This document shows, piece after piece, positions 9,742 through 19,318 of a stretch of 59,405 bases of DNA. The DNA is taken from the IMG/VR virus record IMGVR_UViG_3300025528_000008, positions 1 through 59,405 of that record. One strand, written 5' to 3'. Under the pieces are notes generated by a model. The model made no database searches. It was given only the letters and a program-made list of their open reading frames with translations, and had not been told where the DNA came from. The stretch is from a virus (Duplodnaviria > Caudoviricetes). Each line of letters begins with the position of its first letter. The first letter of the stretch is position 1. Both the position numbers and the translations under genes were made by a program.

Positions 9742-10157
9742 CCGCCCCTCACCCCCTCATCAAGCGGCTCTGTGACCTGCGTCTGGCTGCGGGCATGTCC
9801 CAGCGGGAGGCCGAACGCCGCGCCGGCCTCGGCAAGGGAACCATCTCGCTCTGGGAAGCCGGCCGCTACGGCGCCCAGGTTGAGAACCTGGCACGGTACG
9901 CGGCCCTGTTCGGCCTCACCCTCGCCCTGGTCCCCGCCGCTGACGACGAGGACGACGTCCTCGGGGAGCAGCTCCCCTACGGGCAGGTGATCGTCGGCGA
10001 TGGGGAGAAGTGGTGCGGGGGCTGCAAGCAGGTGCGGTCGGTTCGGGCGTTCCACCAGGACCTGTCACGCCGGGATGGGCTGAAGTCGCGATGCAAGTAC
10101 TGCCTGAAGGAGCGGCGTGAGCGCCGTGCCCGCCGGCAGGCGGAGGAGGCGGCGTGA
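9738..10157 (+). CDS. XRE HTH regulator with C-terminal Cys finger
   Basis: LRLAAGMSQREAERRAGLGKGTISLWEAG; KWCGGCK..CKYC. Confidence 0.75.
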   Translation: MTAPHPLIKRLCDLRLAAGMSQREAERRAGLGKGTISLWEAGRYGAQVENLARYAALFGLTLALVPAADDEDDVLGEQLPYGQVIVGDGEKWCGGCKQVRSVRAFHQDLSRRDGLKSRCKYCLKERRERRARRQAEEAA

Positions 10158-10159
10158 GG

Positions 10160-10408
10160 TCACGTTTGTTGTTCAGCGCGCCGCTGTCTCTCCTGCCGGA
10201 TCAGCCGCGCCACGTAGTCATACGTGTAGACGTGTCCGATCGCGCGGACGATGCTGGCCGGCGTCTCACCGCGCTCGAACGCGGCTCGCAGGATCGCCGC
10301 CTTCAGCCTCTTGGGGGCCTCCACGTAGGCCCTTGCGGCCTCTTCAAGCTCAGTCTCGGTCGCCTTGTCCACACCGTTCAGGGTCTCACAGGCCTGCATA
10401 GTGTTCAC
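10160..10408 (-). CDS. small antisense putative DNA-binding regulator
   Basis: fills the gap between + genes; AFERGETPASIVRAIGHVYTYDYVARLI is HTH-like. Confidence 0.55.
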   Translation of the reverse strand: MNTMQACETLNGVDKATETELEEAARAYVEAPKRLKAAILRAAFERGETPASIVRAIGHVYTYDYVARLIRQERQRRAEQQT

Positions 10409-10416
10409 GATACAGG

Positions 10417-10447
10417 TTGACGAACTCAGTTCGCGTACTGATACATT
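10417..10447. promoter_or_regulatory. candidate divergent promoter/operator
   Basis: TTGACG overlapping perfect palindrome CGAACT-C-AGTTCG (10421-10433) in an AT-richer gap. Confidence 0.4.
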
Positions 10448-10516
10448 GATCTAGGTTCGTAACTGGGCGTGGCCCAACCTCTTGTCCGCGAACTAGCTGG
10501 GGGAGCACACCACCCG

Positions 10517-11623
10517 ATGGCTGGACGTAGCGAGGCGAGGATCTTCGCCTCCATCTGGAATGACCCGACCTTCCGGGCCCTGACGCGCCGGCAGCAGGGC
10601 ATGTACCTGTTCCTGCTGTCTCAGCCGGACCTGAGCTTCTGTGGTGTGATCTCCCTGCGCCCCCGCCGCTGGGCACAAAAAGCCAAGGACCTCACCCCCG
10701 ATCAGGTCTGGGAAGACCTGAAAGCTTTGGCTAACCCCTTCCCGGAAGGGCCGCCGGAAGGGATTCCGGAAGGGACCGGGAAGCCCTTCATCGTCCTCGA
10801 CGAGATCGAGGAAGAGGTGTTCGTCCGATCCCTCATCCGCAACGACGGGATCTGGAAGCAGCCGAACCTTCTGAAGGCGGCACGAGAGGCCGCCAAGCAG
10901 GTCACCTCTCCGAGGATCCGGGCCGCGATGCTCGACGAGCTGAAGCGCATCCCCATGCACGAGAGCTCATCGGCACTGGCCAAGGAAGTCATGGCGAACT
11001 TCATCCAGGACCTGGAGAAGACTCTCGGGAAGCCTTCCGGGAACCCTCCCGGGAAGGGGACGGCCGATCCTCGCATCGACCAACGAGGCGAAAAGGAGCG
11101 TTCCAGCGCTGCGGCTACGCCCCCCTCGCTTCCCAGCTCATCCGAAAAGGCCACCGCCAGCGGCCGCGCATCATCGCAAGCGGGCGACGCAAACCTCGAC
11201 ACCACTGGCGGCGAGCTTCCCGGAATGCCCCCAGCACCGCCGAAACCCCCAGCACCCGGCAGCGACGACGACCCGGCCTGGCGGGAGTTCTGGGAGGTCT
11301 ACCCCCGCAAGGTCGACAAGAAGAAGGCCAGCCAAGCCTGGGCGAGGGCCGTCAAAGAAACCGCCCCGTTCGTGATCATCGCCGGGGCGAAACGCTACCG
11401 CGACCAAGTGAACCGCGAAGGCCGTGAGAAGCGGTTCATCAAGCACCCGACCACCTGGCTGAACGGAAAGTGCTGGAACGACGACTACACCCCTGACGAA
11501 CAACCGGCCCAACCGCGACAGCAAGGCAACTACAACTACCGTCCTTGGGCCGGCGGACCCCGCTCCGACGTCAACGCCGTCGACTGGTCCCAGGGCTTCA
11601 AAGTTGGAGGAACTCGGCGATGA
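10517..11623 (+). CDS. phage replication initiator
   Basis: ARIFASIWNDPTFRAL N-terminus; FWEVYPRKVDKKKA..HPTTWLN C-terminus; precedes loader and helicase. Confidence 0.8.
   Translation: MAGRSEARIFASIWNDPTFRALTRRQQGMYLFLLSQPDLSFCGVISLRPRRWAQKAKDLTPDQVWEDLKALANPFPEGPPEGIPEGTGKPFIVLDEIEEEVFVRSLIRNDGIWKQPNLLKAAREAAKQVTSPRIRAAMLDELKRIPMHESSSALAKEVMANFIQDLEKTLGKPSGNPPGKGTADPRIDQRGEKERSSAAATPPSLPSSSEKATASGRASSQAGDANLDTTGGELPGMPPAPPKPPAPGSDDDPAWREFWEVYPRKVDKKKASQAWARAVKETAPFVIIAGAKRYRDQVNREGREKRFIKHPTTWLNGKCWNDDYTPDEQPAQPRQQGNYNYRPWAGGPRSDVNAVDWSQGFKVGGTRR
10742..11055 (+). repeat. 12-bp-period repeats (candidate iterons) inside the initiator gene
   Basis: CCGGAAGGG at 10742, 10754, 10766; CGGGAA at 11026, 11038, 11050. 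Confidence 0.55.
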
Positions 11624-12174
11624 GTCCCGACGAGTACGAGGAATTCATCCGCGATCAGACCGAGATGCGCCTGGCTCTGTTCTACCAGCGGCGACCCGCC
11701 GAGTTCGCCGCCCGCGGCTGGCTCGACAACCGCATTCACACCTGGCTGGAAGGCATGGTCCGCGGCGAAAACCGCACCCTTCTGATCGGAGGCCACACCG
11801 GCACCGGCAAGTCCTGGTCCTTGTGGAAGGCGGTAGAGACCCTTCTGCACAACGGTTGGCGCGGCCGGTGGGAGATCATCAACGCCGACACCTTCCGGCA
11901 GGTGACCACCCCGCCGGTTGACGAGGAACGCTTGGACCGAATCCGACGCTGCGAGCTCCTCGCCTTCGACGACCTCGGCGCCATGCGGGTCAGCGAGTGG
12001 GTCGCCGAGAACCTCTACAGCGTCGTCGATTACCGCTGGTCTCACCAGCTCCCCCTGGTCATCACCAGCAACGAGAGCGATATCGACGCGCTGGTGGGCC
12101 CGCGTATCGCCAGCCGCCTCTGCCAGGACTTGAGCACCATCGTCCTCGACGGCCCAGATCGGAGGGTCTCATGA
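11620..12174 (+). CDS. DnaC/IstB-like ATPase, helicase loader
   Basis: GHTGTGKS; LLAFDDLGA; VITSN. Confidence 0.85.
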   Translation: MSPDEYEEFIRDQTEMRLALFYQRRPAEFAARGWLDNRIHTWLEGMVRGENRTLLIGGHTGTGKSWSLWKAVETLLHNGWRGRWEIINADTFRQVTTPPVDEERLDRIRRCELLAFDDLGAMRVSEWVAENLYSVVDYRWSHQLPLVITSNESDIDALVGPRIASRLCQDLSTIVLDGPDRRVS

Positions 12175-13532
12175 AAGCCGCCGGCGACCCTCGCCTGGCC
12201 GCCGAACGTTCGCTGGTCGGCGTGGCCATGTCCTCCACCGACACGGCCCTGGCCGTCGCCGAACTCATCCAACCCCGTGACCTTGCCCTAGGCGCCCACC
12301 AGATCATCCTCGAAACCATCATCGACCTGCTCGGCGAAGGCCACCAGGTCACCCCGAACACCGTTATCGCCGAACTGTCCAAGACCGGCAAGGTCACCCA
12401 GGCGGGCGGCGCCTCATACCTGCACACCCTGTTGGAACAGGCCGCTCTGCCGTCCCAGATCAGCTACTACGCCAAGCAGGTAAAAACCCAGGCCTGGAAG
12501 AGAAGTCTCGCCATCTTCGCCACTCGCTGCTCCCAGCTCGCCGAAACCGGTGACACCCCACCTGAGGCCGACCTGGAGCAGCTTGGCTCGTGGCTGGACG
12601 AACTGACCACGGGCACTGCCGAATCCAGCACGGTCCGCGCCGCCGATCTGGTCCACACGGTCCTGGATGAGATCGAACGCGGCGCCGATGCCGACGCGGT
12701 GGAAACCGGCTACCTCGACCTGGACGCAGGTCTGTCGGTGCGTCCCGGGCAGCTCATCGTCGTCGGCGCACGACCCGGCATTGGGAAGACCACGTTCGGT
12801 ATGGACGTCGCCCGGCACGTGGGGAACCGGCTGCAGCAGCCGGTGTACTTCCTGTCGCTGGAGATGTCCCGCAATGAGCTAATGAAGCGGATGATCTCCG
12901 CTGAGGCTCGGGTGCCGCTGCACAGCATCCTGCACCACCGAGCCGACAAGCCGCTGCTGACTGACGGCGATTGGGTGAGGATCGCCAAGGCCACCGAGAT
13001 GATCGGCCAATCAGGCATCGTCATCGACGACACCCCGGGCGCAGGGCTGGCTCACATCCGCGCACGGCTGCGGCATATGCAACGCCACGGTGGTGTTCGC
13101 TTGGCGGTCATCGACTATCTGGGCATCCTCGCTACCCCCGGCAGACAAGAGAACCGGCAGCAGGCCGTGGCGGAACTGACCCGTGGACTCAAGCTCCTCG
13201 CCCGCGAGATCGGTATCCCGATCTTTTTGCTGGCTCAGCTGAACCGGCAGGTCGAAGGCCGATCTGACCGGCGCCCTGTCCCATCCGACCTGAAGGACTC
13301 CGGGGCGATCGAGGCTGACGCCGATGTAGTGATCCTGCTGCACCGCGAGGACGCCTACGACCGGGAGTCCCCACGCGCCGGCGAGATCGACCTGATCGTT
13401 GACAAGTCACGGCACGGCCCCCAGTTCACCGCAACCGCGGCATTCCAAGGCCACTACTGCCGGATCGTCAACATGGCAACCGGCCCGGACCCCTCACCGG
13501 CAACCAAAGGCCATCTAAGGCCCGTCTCCTAA
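12171..13532 (+). CDS. dnaB: replicative DNA helicase
   Basis: GARPGIGKT, SLEMS, IDYL, LAQLNR, DLKDSGAIEADAD. Confidence 0.95.
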   Translation: MKAAGDPRLAAERSLVGVAMSSTDTALAVAELIQPRDLALGAHQIILETIIDLLGEGHQVTPNTVIAELSKTGKVTQAGGASYLHTLLEQAALPSQISYYAKQVKTQAWKRSLAIFATRCSQLAETGDTPPEADLEQLGSWLDELTTGTAESSTVRAADLVHTVLDEIERGADADAVETGYLDLDAGLSVRPGQLIVVGARPGIGKTTFGMDVARHVGNRLQQPVYFLSLEMSRNELMKRMISAEARVPLHSILHHRADKPLLTDGDWVRIAKATEMIGQSGIVIDDTPGAGLAHIRARLRHMQRHGGVRLAVIDYLGILATPGRQENRQQAVAELTRGLKLLAREIGIPIFLLAQLNRQVEGRSDRRPVPSDLKDSGAIEADADVVILLHREDAYDRESPRAGEIDLIVDKSRHGPQFTATAAFQGHYCRIVNMATGPDPSPATKGHLRPVS

Positions 13533-13550
13533 CCCCCGTGGAGAACTGCA

Positions 13551-13964
13551 ATGACCGAACTCGAATTCCTGTGCGATGCATGCGGCAGGCCGGTCGAGGA
13601 CGGGCACGGTTCGCTGTACGTGCTGTTCTCCGAGCTGCACGAGCGCCGCAACGCGATGTCCGCCTGGAAGGCGGCATCCGAACCGGGCACACCACGGCCC
13701 GCGGTAAGCCTGGTGGAGGCGTTGCAACTCCCGAGCCCGGCACCATGGCACATCCACCACGACAGATGCCGCCCCCGTCACGAGGGCGACGGCTACCACA
13801 TCGACGTGGAACGGATCCGCTCGTGGCGGGACCTGGTGCGCTGGACAGCGCACCTGATGGAGAAGAACTGGCTAGGCGACACGAACTGGCAGGTGCTGCT
13901 GGGGAACGCCGCAGATGGCCGGGACCAGCGGATCGTTGAACTGGCCCGAGGCGACGCGGCATGA
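13551..13964 (+). CDS. hypothetical protein
   Basis: GGAG RBS; CDACG motif. Confidence 0.6.
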   Translation: MTELEFLCDACGRPVEDGHGSLYVLFSELHERRNAMSAWKAASEPGTPRPAVSLVEALQLPSPAPWHIHHDRCRPRHEGDGYHIDVERIRSWRDLVRWTAHLMEKNWLGDTNWQVLLGNAADGRDQRIVELARGDAA

Positions 13965-14185
13965 GCCGGCCACGGAAAACCACCACCCCCCTGCAGGTGC
14001 TGGAGCGGCCGTGCGGACGGTGCGGACACCAAAACGCCGTCCACACCGGCGGCCGTGACCGCAGCAGGTGGGCGCCCTACGACCCGGTGTGGGTGAACGC
14101 CACCGGCCGATGCAACCAGCCCGGATGCGACTGCCCGGCCCGCACAGCGTCTGCAGCCGGGACGGCGAAGGGTGATGCCGCATGA
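13961..14185 (+). CDS. small Cys-rich protein
   Basis: CGRCGH..H..C...GCDC; coupled. Confidence 0.5.
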   Translation: MSRPRKTTTPLQVLERPCGRCGHQNAVHTGGRDRSRWAPYDPVWVNATGRCNQPGCDCPARTASAAGTAKGDAA

Positions 14186-14640
14186 CCGAGCAGCACCCGT
14201 TCCGGGTGCTGGTGACCGGATCACGCACCTGGAACGACCATGACACCGTCCAAGCCGCACTCACCGCCATCGTCTACCGGAACCTGCCCGCCGTAATCGT
14301 CCACGGCGCATGCCCGCGAGGAGCCGACGCGATCGCATCCCAGTGGGCACTGCGGATGGGAAGGACTTTGGCCATCTCCGAGGAACGCCACCCCGCAGAC
14401 TGGCGTACCTACGGCAAAGCAGCCGGGCCACGACGAAACGAACACATGGTCGCACTGGGTGCGGACGTGTGCCTGGCCTTCCTCGCCCCCTGCAGGAAGC
14501 CCAACTGCCACCTGCCTCGCCCGCACGCCTCCCACGGCGCTAGCCAAACCGCGTCCCTCGCAGAGCAGGCCGGGATCCGAACGTACCGCTTCCCCTTCGA
14601 CGTGTACGGCGCCACCAACCCGCCCTGGCCCCGCCGGTAA
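14182..14640 (+). CDS. SLOG family (YspA/DUF2493) protein
   Basis: RVLVTGSR..VHGACPRGAD..HPADW..GKAAGPRRN. Confidence 0.85.
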   Translation: MTEQHPFRVLVTGSRTWNDHDTVQAALTAIVYRNLPAVIVHGACPRGADAIASQWALRMGRTLAISEERHPADWRTYGKAAGPRRNEHMVALGADVCLAFLAPCRKPNCHLPRPHASHGASQTASLAEQAGIRTYRFPFDVYGATNPPWPRR

Positions 14641-14656
14641 CCCCCAGGAGCTTTAG

Positions 14657-15340
14657 ATGACCAACCTTCCAGCCGGCGCCCAGTCCGGCATAGAGCAGCA
14701 GGTCCAAGACATGCTGGACCTGCCCGACGATACTTTCGCCACCCTCGTAGAGCGCAACCTCGGCGAGAACGCCCCCGCCGCCCTGTGGCAGCTGCTGCTG
14801 CACCCGATGGTGGTGCACCGCACCCACGAGGTCCTCACCACACGGTTCCGTGACGTGGAGGACCAGCTCGCCCAACGCCGAGCCCACCTGGAGGCGTTCC
14901 GGCAAGAGTGCTGGCAGATGGGCCAGGCTGGCAAGGAGCCCTGGTTCTCCGCCTTCGGCGAATACCAGCAGTGGAGACGCAAGGCCCTCGGCTACCACCG
15001 GCTGCTGTCACAGCGGCTGAGGCAGACGAAACAAGCGATCTCCGGGGCCGAAACGTCTTCCCATCTGATGGCCCCGGCCCGCAAAGCTCGACTGATGGAC
15101 ACGATCTTCCGCCTCGCATGGGAGATCAACACCCACCGGCAGCGAGTTCTCGAAGCCGGGGTGGTGCCGGACGACTACGACGTCCGGCTGTGGCGGGCAT
15201 TGGAAGCCATCGAGGTGCAGACCACTAACGGCGTCATCCCCGTGGCGAAGTTCCTGGCCGACGTCATGGGCAAGCCGGGTTTCCGGCCGCCGGCCGAACT
15301 TCCGCTGCCCGCCGAGGAGTCGGAAGAGGAGGTCGCGTGA
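14657..15340 (+). CDS. hypothetical protein
   Basis: AGGAG RBS, 227 aa. Confidence 0.65.
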   Translation: MTNLPAGAQSGIEQQVQDMLDLPDDTFATLVERNLGENAPAALWQLLLHPMVVHRTHEVLTTRFRDVEDQLAQRRAHLEAFRQECWQMGQAGKEPWFSAFGEYQQWRRKALGYHRLLSQRLRQTKQAISGAETSSHLMAPARKARLMDTIFRLAWEINTHRQRVLEAGVVPDDYDVRLWRALEAIEVQTTNGVIPVAKFLADVMGKPGFRPPAELPLPAEESEEEVA

Positions 15341-15621
15341 ACACCTCCATTCAGCACAATCCGACCGTTGAGTGTGCGCGTGTCCACTGCAACTTCCACC
15401 ACGTGGACGAACCCGCCAGCTCCCCCTATCGGGTGTGCTTCGAATGCGGCCACGTCTACCCGACCGCCCGGGACCTACGCCGCATCTACCGCCGCAAGTT
15501 CTGGCAGATGTCACGCGGAATGCCTTGGCGGAGGCAGCTGTGGCGGTTGCGGCGCGTGATGACCGTCCGCGCTAGCCAAATCGGCTTCTGCCAGTACTGC
15601 ATCCACGACTTCCTGGTGTGA
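15337..15621 (+). CDS. Zn-finger-like hypothetical protein
   Basis: CFECGH and CQYCIHDF. Confidence 0.55.
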   Translation: MNTSIQHNPTVECARVHCNFHHVDEPASSPYRVCFECGHVYPTARDLRRIYRRKFWQMSRGMPWRRQLWRLRRVMTVRASQIGFCQYCIHDFLV

Positions 15622-15633
15622 AGAAACTGCGCC

Positions 15634-16098
15634 ATGACATCACCGAGGGACAACCTGCACGACTGGCTGGAGATGGTCGTGCCGCTGCGGATGGTCGAGC
15701 TGCGCGACCGCAGCGCCGAAGAGCTCGCCGCTCTTGGCCGCGCCCAGACGGCGGTGATCGCAAGCAGAGGGGACGTGCTGCAGTTCGGTGGCCGTGGTGC
15801 CGCTCAGGCCGCCGCCGCGCTCGCCACCGGCCTGGCTGCTCTCGCACTCACCTCAGAGGGGGGAGTGACGTTCGGGCCGCTGCACTGGTGCTCAACCGAA
15901 CACGCCGACTGCCCGTCCCGCCCCGCCCTGGCGCACCTCGGCCCACGCGCGTTGCCTGTCCCGGTCACGCCTACGAGTCCTCGCCCCGTGCAGGACATCC
16001 CACTGCCCGGCCCTGAAACCCTGCAGGCCAGGCTGGCTGACTCCTCTTCAGCGGCGAACTTGCACGTGCAAGACAGCTTGTTCGAGGAGTCCGCATGA
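15634..16098 (+). CDS. hypothetical protein
   Basis: 154-aa ORF coupled to next gene. Confidence 0.55.
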   Translation: MTSPRDNLHDWLEMVVPLRMVELRDRSAEELAALGRAQTAVIASRGDVLQFGGRGAAQAAAALATGLAALALTSEGGVTFGPLHWCSTEHADCPSRPALAHLGPRALPVPVTPTSPRPVQDIPLPGPETLQARLADSSSAANLHVQDSLFEESA

Positions 16099-16361
16099 CC
16101 TCACGTGGCACCGAGAGCAGTGTTGCCGATCCCGCTACCGAAGAGGCGTACACCCTCGCCGACATGTTCCGCGCGACTGCATCACTGATCCGCACCGAGC
16201 ACGGCCCCACCTGCCCGGACCACCGCGCCTGGCTCCAACACGCCACCCACCTGGAGGAGACCGCGGACCGCCTCGACCGCGGCGAACAGGTGAACACCAG
16301 CGGTGCTTACGGCATCGCCAACGCCTACCTCACCGCCTCTACGGGGGAAAAGACACGATGA
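16095..16361 (+). CDS. hypothetical protein
   Basis: 88-aa coupled ORF. Confidence 0.5.
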   Translation: MTSRGTESSVADPATEEAYTLADMFRATASLIRTEHGPTCPDHRAWLQHATHLEETADRLDRGEQVNTSGAYGIANAYLTASTGEKTR

Positions 16362-19318
16362 ACCAGCTCGCTCCCCGCCCCCACCAGGCACTTGCCCTGC
16401 AAGCACTCCACCGAACCAGCGCACCTCGCATGCAGCTGCGGATGGCATGCGGCGCCGGGAAAACCCTCATCGGACGCTGGTACGCCGCCGATATCAACGC
16501 ACAGCAGACCGTTGTGCTGTGCCCATCCCTGGCCCTGGTAGCGCAAACCCTGAGGGAATGGCGGCGCCCCGCAGACTGGCCATTCGAAGCGCTGGTGGTC
16601 TGCTCCGACCCCACCACCAGCGCCGGCGCAGCCGAACGAGCCGGGCACGAGGGCGCATACACCCAACTCGACATCCCCACCTGGGCAAAGGCACGCGCCC
16701 GCGTCACCACCAACCCTCAAGTTGTCTCTTCCTTCCTTGCTTCGCGTCGAGAAGGACGACCACAGGTGATCTTCTCGACGTATCACTCAGCCCCCGCCGT
16801 CGTTGCAGCGACCAAGACCACTCCCACCGTCTTCGACCTAGTGGTGTGCGACGAAGCACACCACCTGGCTGGCAGGCCCCGCGCCGAGTTCCGCGCCACA
16901 TGGGAGATTTCAGCCAAATCATGGCTGTTCATGACTGCCACCCCGCTGATCTTCACCGGGGCCTCTGACAAAGACGTCATCTCCATGAACGACCCGGAAA
17001 AGTTCGGCGCAGTCGCTCATACCCTCACCTTTGGATCAGCGATCGACGCCGGACTGCTCACCGACTACCGGGTCTTTGTTCGCGGCAGTGTCGGACACAA
17101 CCCAGCTCATGTTCTCCCCGGCTGCATCATCGAGGCAGCAGAACGGCATGGATTGCGTTCGTTGATCACCTACCACGGGCGCAACACCAAGGCAGCCGCG
17201 CTCGCCGAAGCCCTGGACGGGGTACGCACCCCGACAGGGTGGACGATCCGTGCCCGTCACATATCCGGAGCAACCCCGGCATCCGAACGTTCCGCCACCC
17301 TCGCGTGGCTCGGAGAACCGTCCGATGAAATCAGGATCGTCACCAACGTCAACTGCCTTATCGAAGGGGTCGACGTGCCCTCAGTGGACGGTGTGGCGCT
17401 CTGCGATCCCCGTACCTCCACTGTCGGTATCGTCCAGGCCATCGGCCGTGTGCTGCGCCCAGCCCCTGGCAAGCTCCGCGGAGCAATCATCCTCCCCATC
17501 ATGCTTCCCCTCCACGGGGATGACGACTCCGCGCTGCTCGCTTCGCGATTCGGCCACGTGTGGAAGGCGCTGCGCGCACTACGCGCCCATGACCAGCGCT
17601 TGGCCTCCGAGCTGGACGCCGCAGCAGCCGACTGGGCACGCAGAGCTAGTGAAGATGAGATGGCCGGCCTGAGCTATCGGGGAGCTAAGCGGCCGACCAG
17701 CCGGGTCCACTTCGAACTACCCGGTGACATCGATATGAGCCGGGTGTACCTGCGCATGGTGCAGCAGACCGCTACCAAGAACGCCTACTTCTACGGGCTG
17801 CTGCTGGACTGGGCCGACCACTCCGGTGGCCGCACAGTGCCCTGGACCCTGACCTGGAAGGGGGAACGGCTTGGGCGCTGGGCTGAACAACAACGCCGCG
17901 CCTACCAGAAAGGGCTCCTCGACAAGGAACAAATCGCCGCGCTGGAAAGCGTGCCCGGCTGGGCCTGGGACCGGAAAGAAGGGGTGTGGCGTGACTCCTA
18001 CCGGATCCTAAAAGACCTGGCCACTCAGCTCGGCAGCCTCCACCAACCTCCCGACGGGCCGTCCATCTACGCCGGTATCAAGGACGCCACCAATTTGCCG
18101 CTCGGGCACTGGGTCGCCGAACAGCGGCAGTTGTACCGCGACGGGATGCTGTCCGATGAGCGGGCGCAACTGCTGGAGGAACTGCCCGGCTGGACGTGGG
18201 ACGGCGGGCTTCCCGACGACGACGTCGCCATGATCCAGGCGCTGCGCGTCTACTGCGAGTTCGAAAAACACGCTGACGTCCCCGAGGCACACCTCGAGGA
18301 TGGCCTTCCCCTGGGCCGATGGGTGTGGGCGGTGCGGCGCCGCCGCCTGGTGGGGCGGCTGCACCCGACTCTGGAAGAAGAGATCGCTGCCGCTACCCCC
18401 CGCACCGCCAAGGGTGAACCGTCGTTCGCCTGGCATGTGGCTGAAACCCGCTGGCGGTTGGCCTACTCGGCGCTGCGGCAGTACACCAGACGCGAAGGCA
18501 CCGCCACCCCGCCCTGCTCGCACCGCGAGACGCTTCCTGACACGACGGTCGGCCTTGGCCAGTGGGCGTCCCTGCAACGGTGCCTTTACCGGAAAGGGAA
18601 ACTCGAGGAACGGTACATCCGCTGGCTGGAAGCGCTTCCAGGATGGCGGTGGGAGGCACCCAGGACCCGCAAAGAGTACGGGGAACCCCTCGACTTGGGC
18701 GACCACCCGCACGGTACCGCCAAAGGCATCGCCGCCGGCTGCCCCTGCAAGGAGTGCATGGACGCCGCACGGGCCAGGCAGCGCCAGTACCTGGCCCGCC
18801 GCCGCGCCCTCAAGGACGGCGTCCCCGCCGGCAAGGCACGCCGCCACATCAACCGCCTAACCAAAGCCGGATACACCCTGGCGGCCATCAACGCCGTATG
18901 CAGCGTGCCAGTCGGCGTACTGCGGGACGTGGGGTCCGGCAAAGCCGACCAGATCAGCGCACGCCACGAGGCCGCTGTTCTGGCAGTCACCCCGGCCATG
19001 TGTGCTTCTGTCCCCACCAGGGTCGGCTCACGTGGACGAGTGAGAGCGGCATCCAGCGAACAAGTCCCAGCAGCCCCCACCCGCCGACTGCTGGAAGACC
19101 TTGCTTCCCGCGGATTCGGACCTGCGTGGGTGGCCCGTGAACTGGGCTATGACCGCAAGGTCCAAATCGGCCACGACAAGGTTCTTCGCCGCATGGCCGA
19201 AGCCGTCGCCGACCTGCACGCCAGGGTCGGGGACCTGGTCGCCCCGCCAACCTCAGGCCGCCGAATGCCACCGCCGCTGGCCGAGCTACTGAACCGCCCG
19301 CGGGGTGAGGCCGCGTGA
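16358..19318 (+). CDS. SF2 (DEAH/ResIII-like) helicase with helicase-associated (HA) repeats and a C-terminal Cys/HTH module
   Basis: MACGAGKT, DEAHH, MTATP, EGVDVP, QAIGRVLR; four LGxW repeats. Confidence 0.85.
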   Translation: MNQLAPRPHQALALQALHRTSAPRMQLRMACGAGKTLIGRWYAADINAQQTVVLCPSLALVAQTLREWRRPADWPFEALVVCSDPTTSAGAAERAGHEGAYTQLDIPTWAKARARVTTNPQVVSSFLASRREGRPQVIFSTYHSAPAVVAATKTTPTVFDLVVCDEAHHLAGRPRAEFRATWEISAKSWLFMTATPLIFTGASDKDVISMNDPEKFGAVAHTLTFGSAIDAGLLTDYRVFVRGSVGHNPAHVLPGCIIEAAERHGLRSLITYHGRNTKAAALAEALDGVRTPTGWTIRARHISGATPASERSATLAWLGEPSDEIRIVTNVNCLIEGVDVPSVDGVALCDPRTSTVGIVQAIGRVLRPAPGKLRGAIILPIMLPLHGDDDSALLASRFGHVWKALRALRAHDQRLASELDAAAADWARRASEDEMAGLSYRGAKRPTSRVHFELPGDIDMSRVYLRMVQQTATKNAYFYGLLLDWADHSGGRTVPWTLTWKGERLGRWAEQQRRAYQKGLLDKEQIAALESVPGWAWDRKEGVWRDSYRILKDLATQLGSLHQPPDGPSIYAGIKDATNLPLGHWVAEQRQLYRDGMLSDERAQLLEELPGWTWDGGLPDDDVAMIQALRVYCEFEKHADVPEAHLEDGLPLGRWVWAVRRRRLVGRLHPTLEEEIAAATPRTAKGEPSFAWHVAETRWRLAYSALRQYTRREGTATPPCSHRETLPDTTVGLGQWASLQRCLYRKGKLEERYIRWLEALPGWRWEAPRTRKEYGEPLDLGDHPHGTAKGIAAGCPCKECMDAARARQRQYLARRRALKDGVPAGKARRHINRLTKAGYTLAAINAVCSVPVGVLRDVGSGKADQISARHEAAVLAVTPAMCASVPTRVGSRGRVRAASSEQVPAAPTRRLLEDLASRGFGPAWVARELGYDRKVQIGHDKVLRRMAEAVADLHARVGDLVAPPTSGRRMPPPLAELLNRPRGEAA

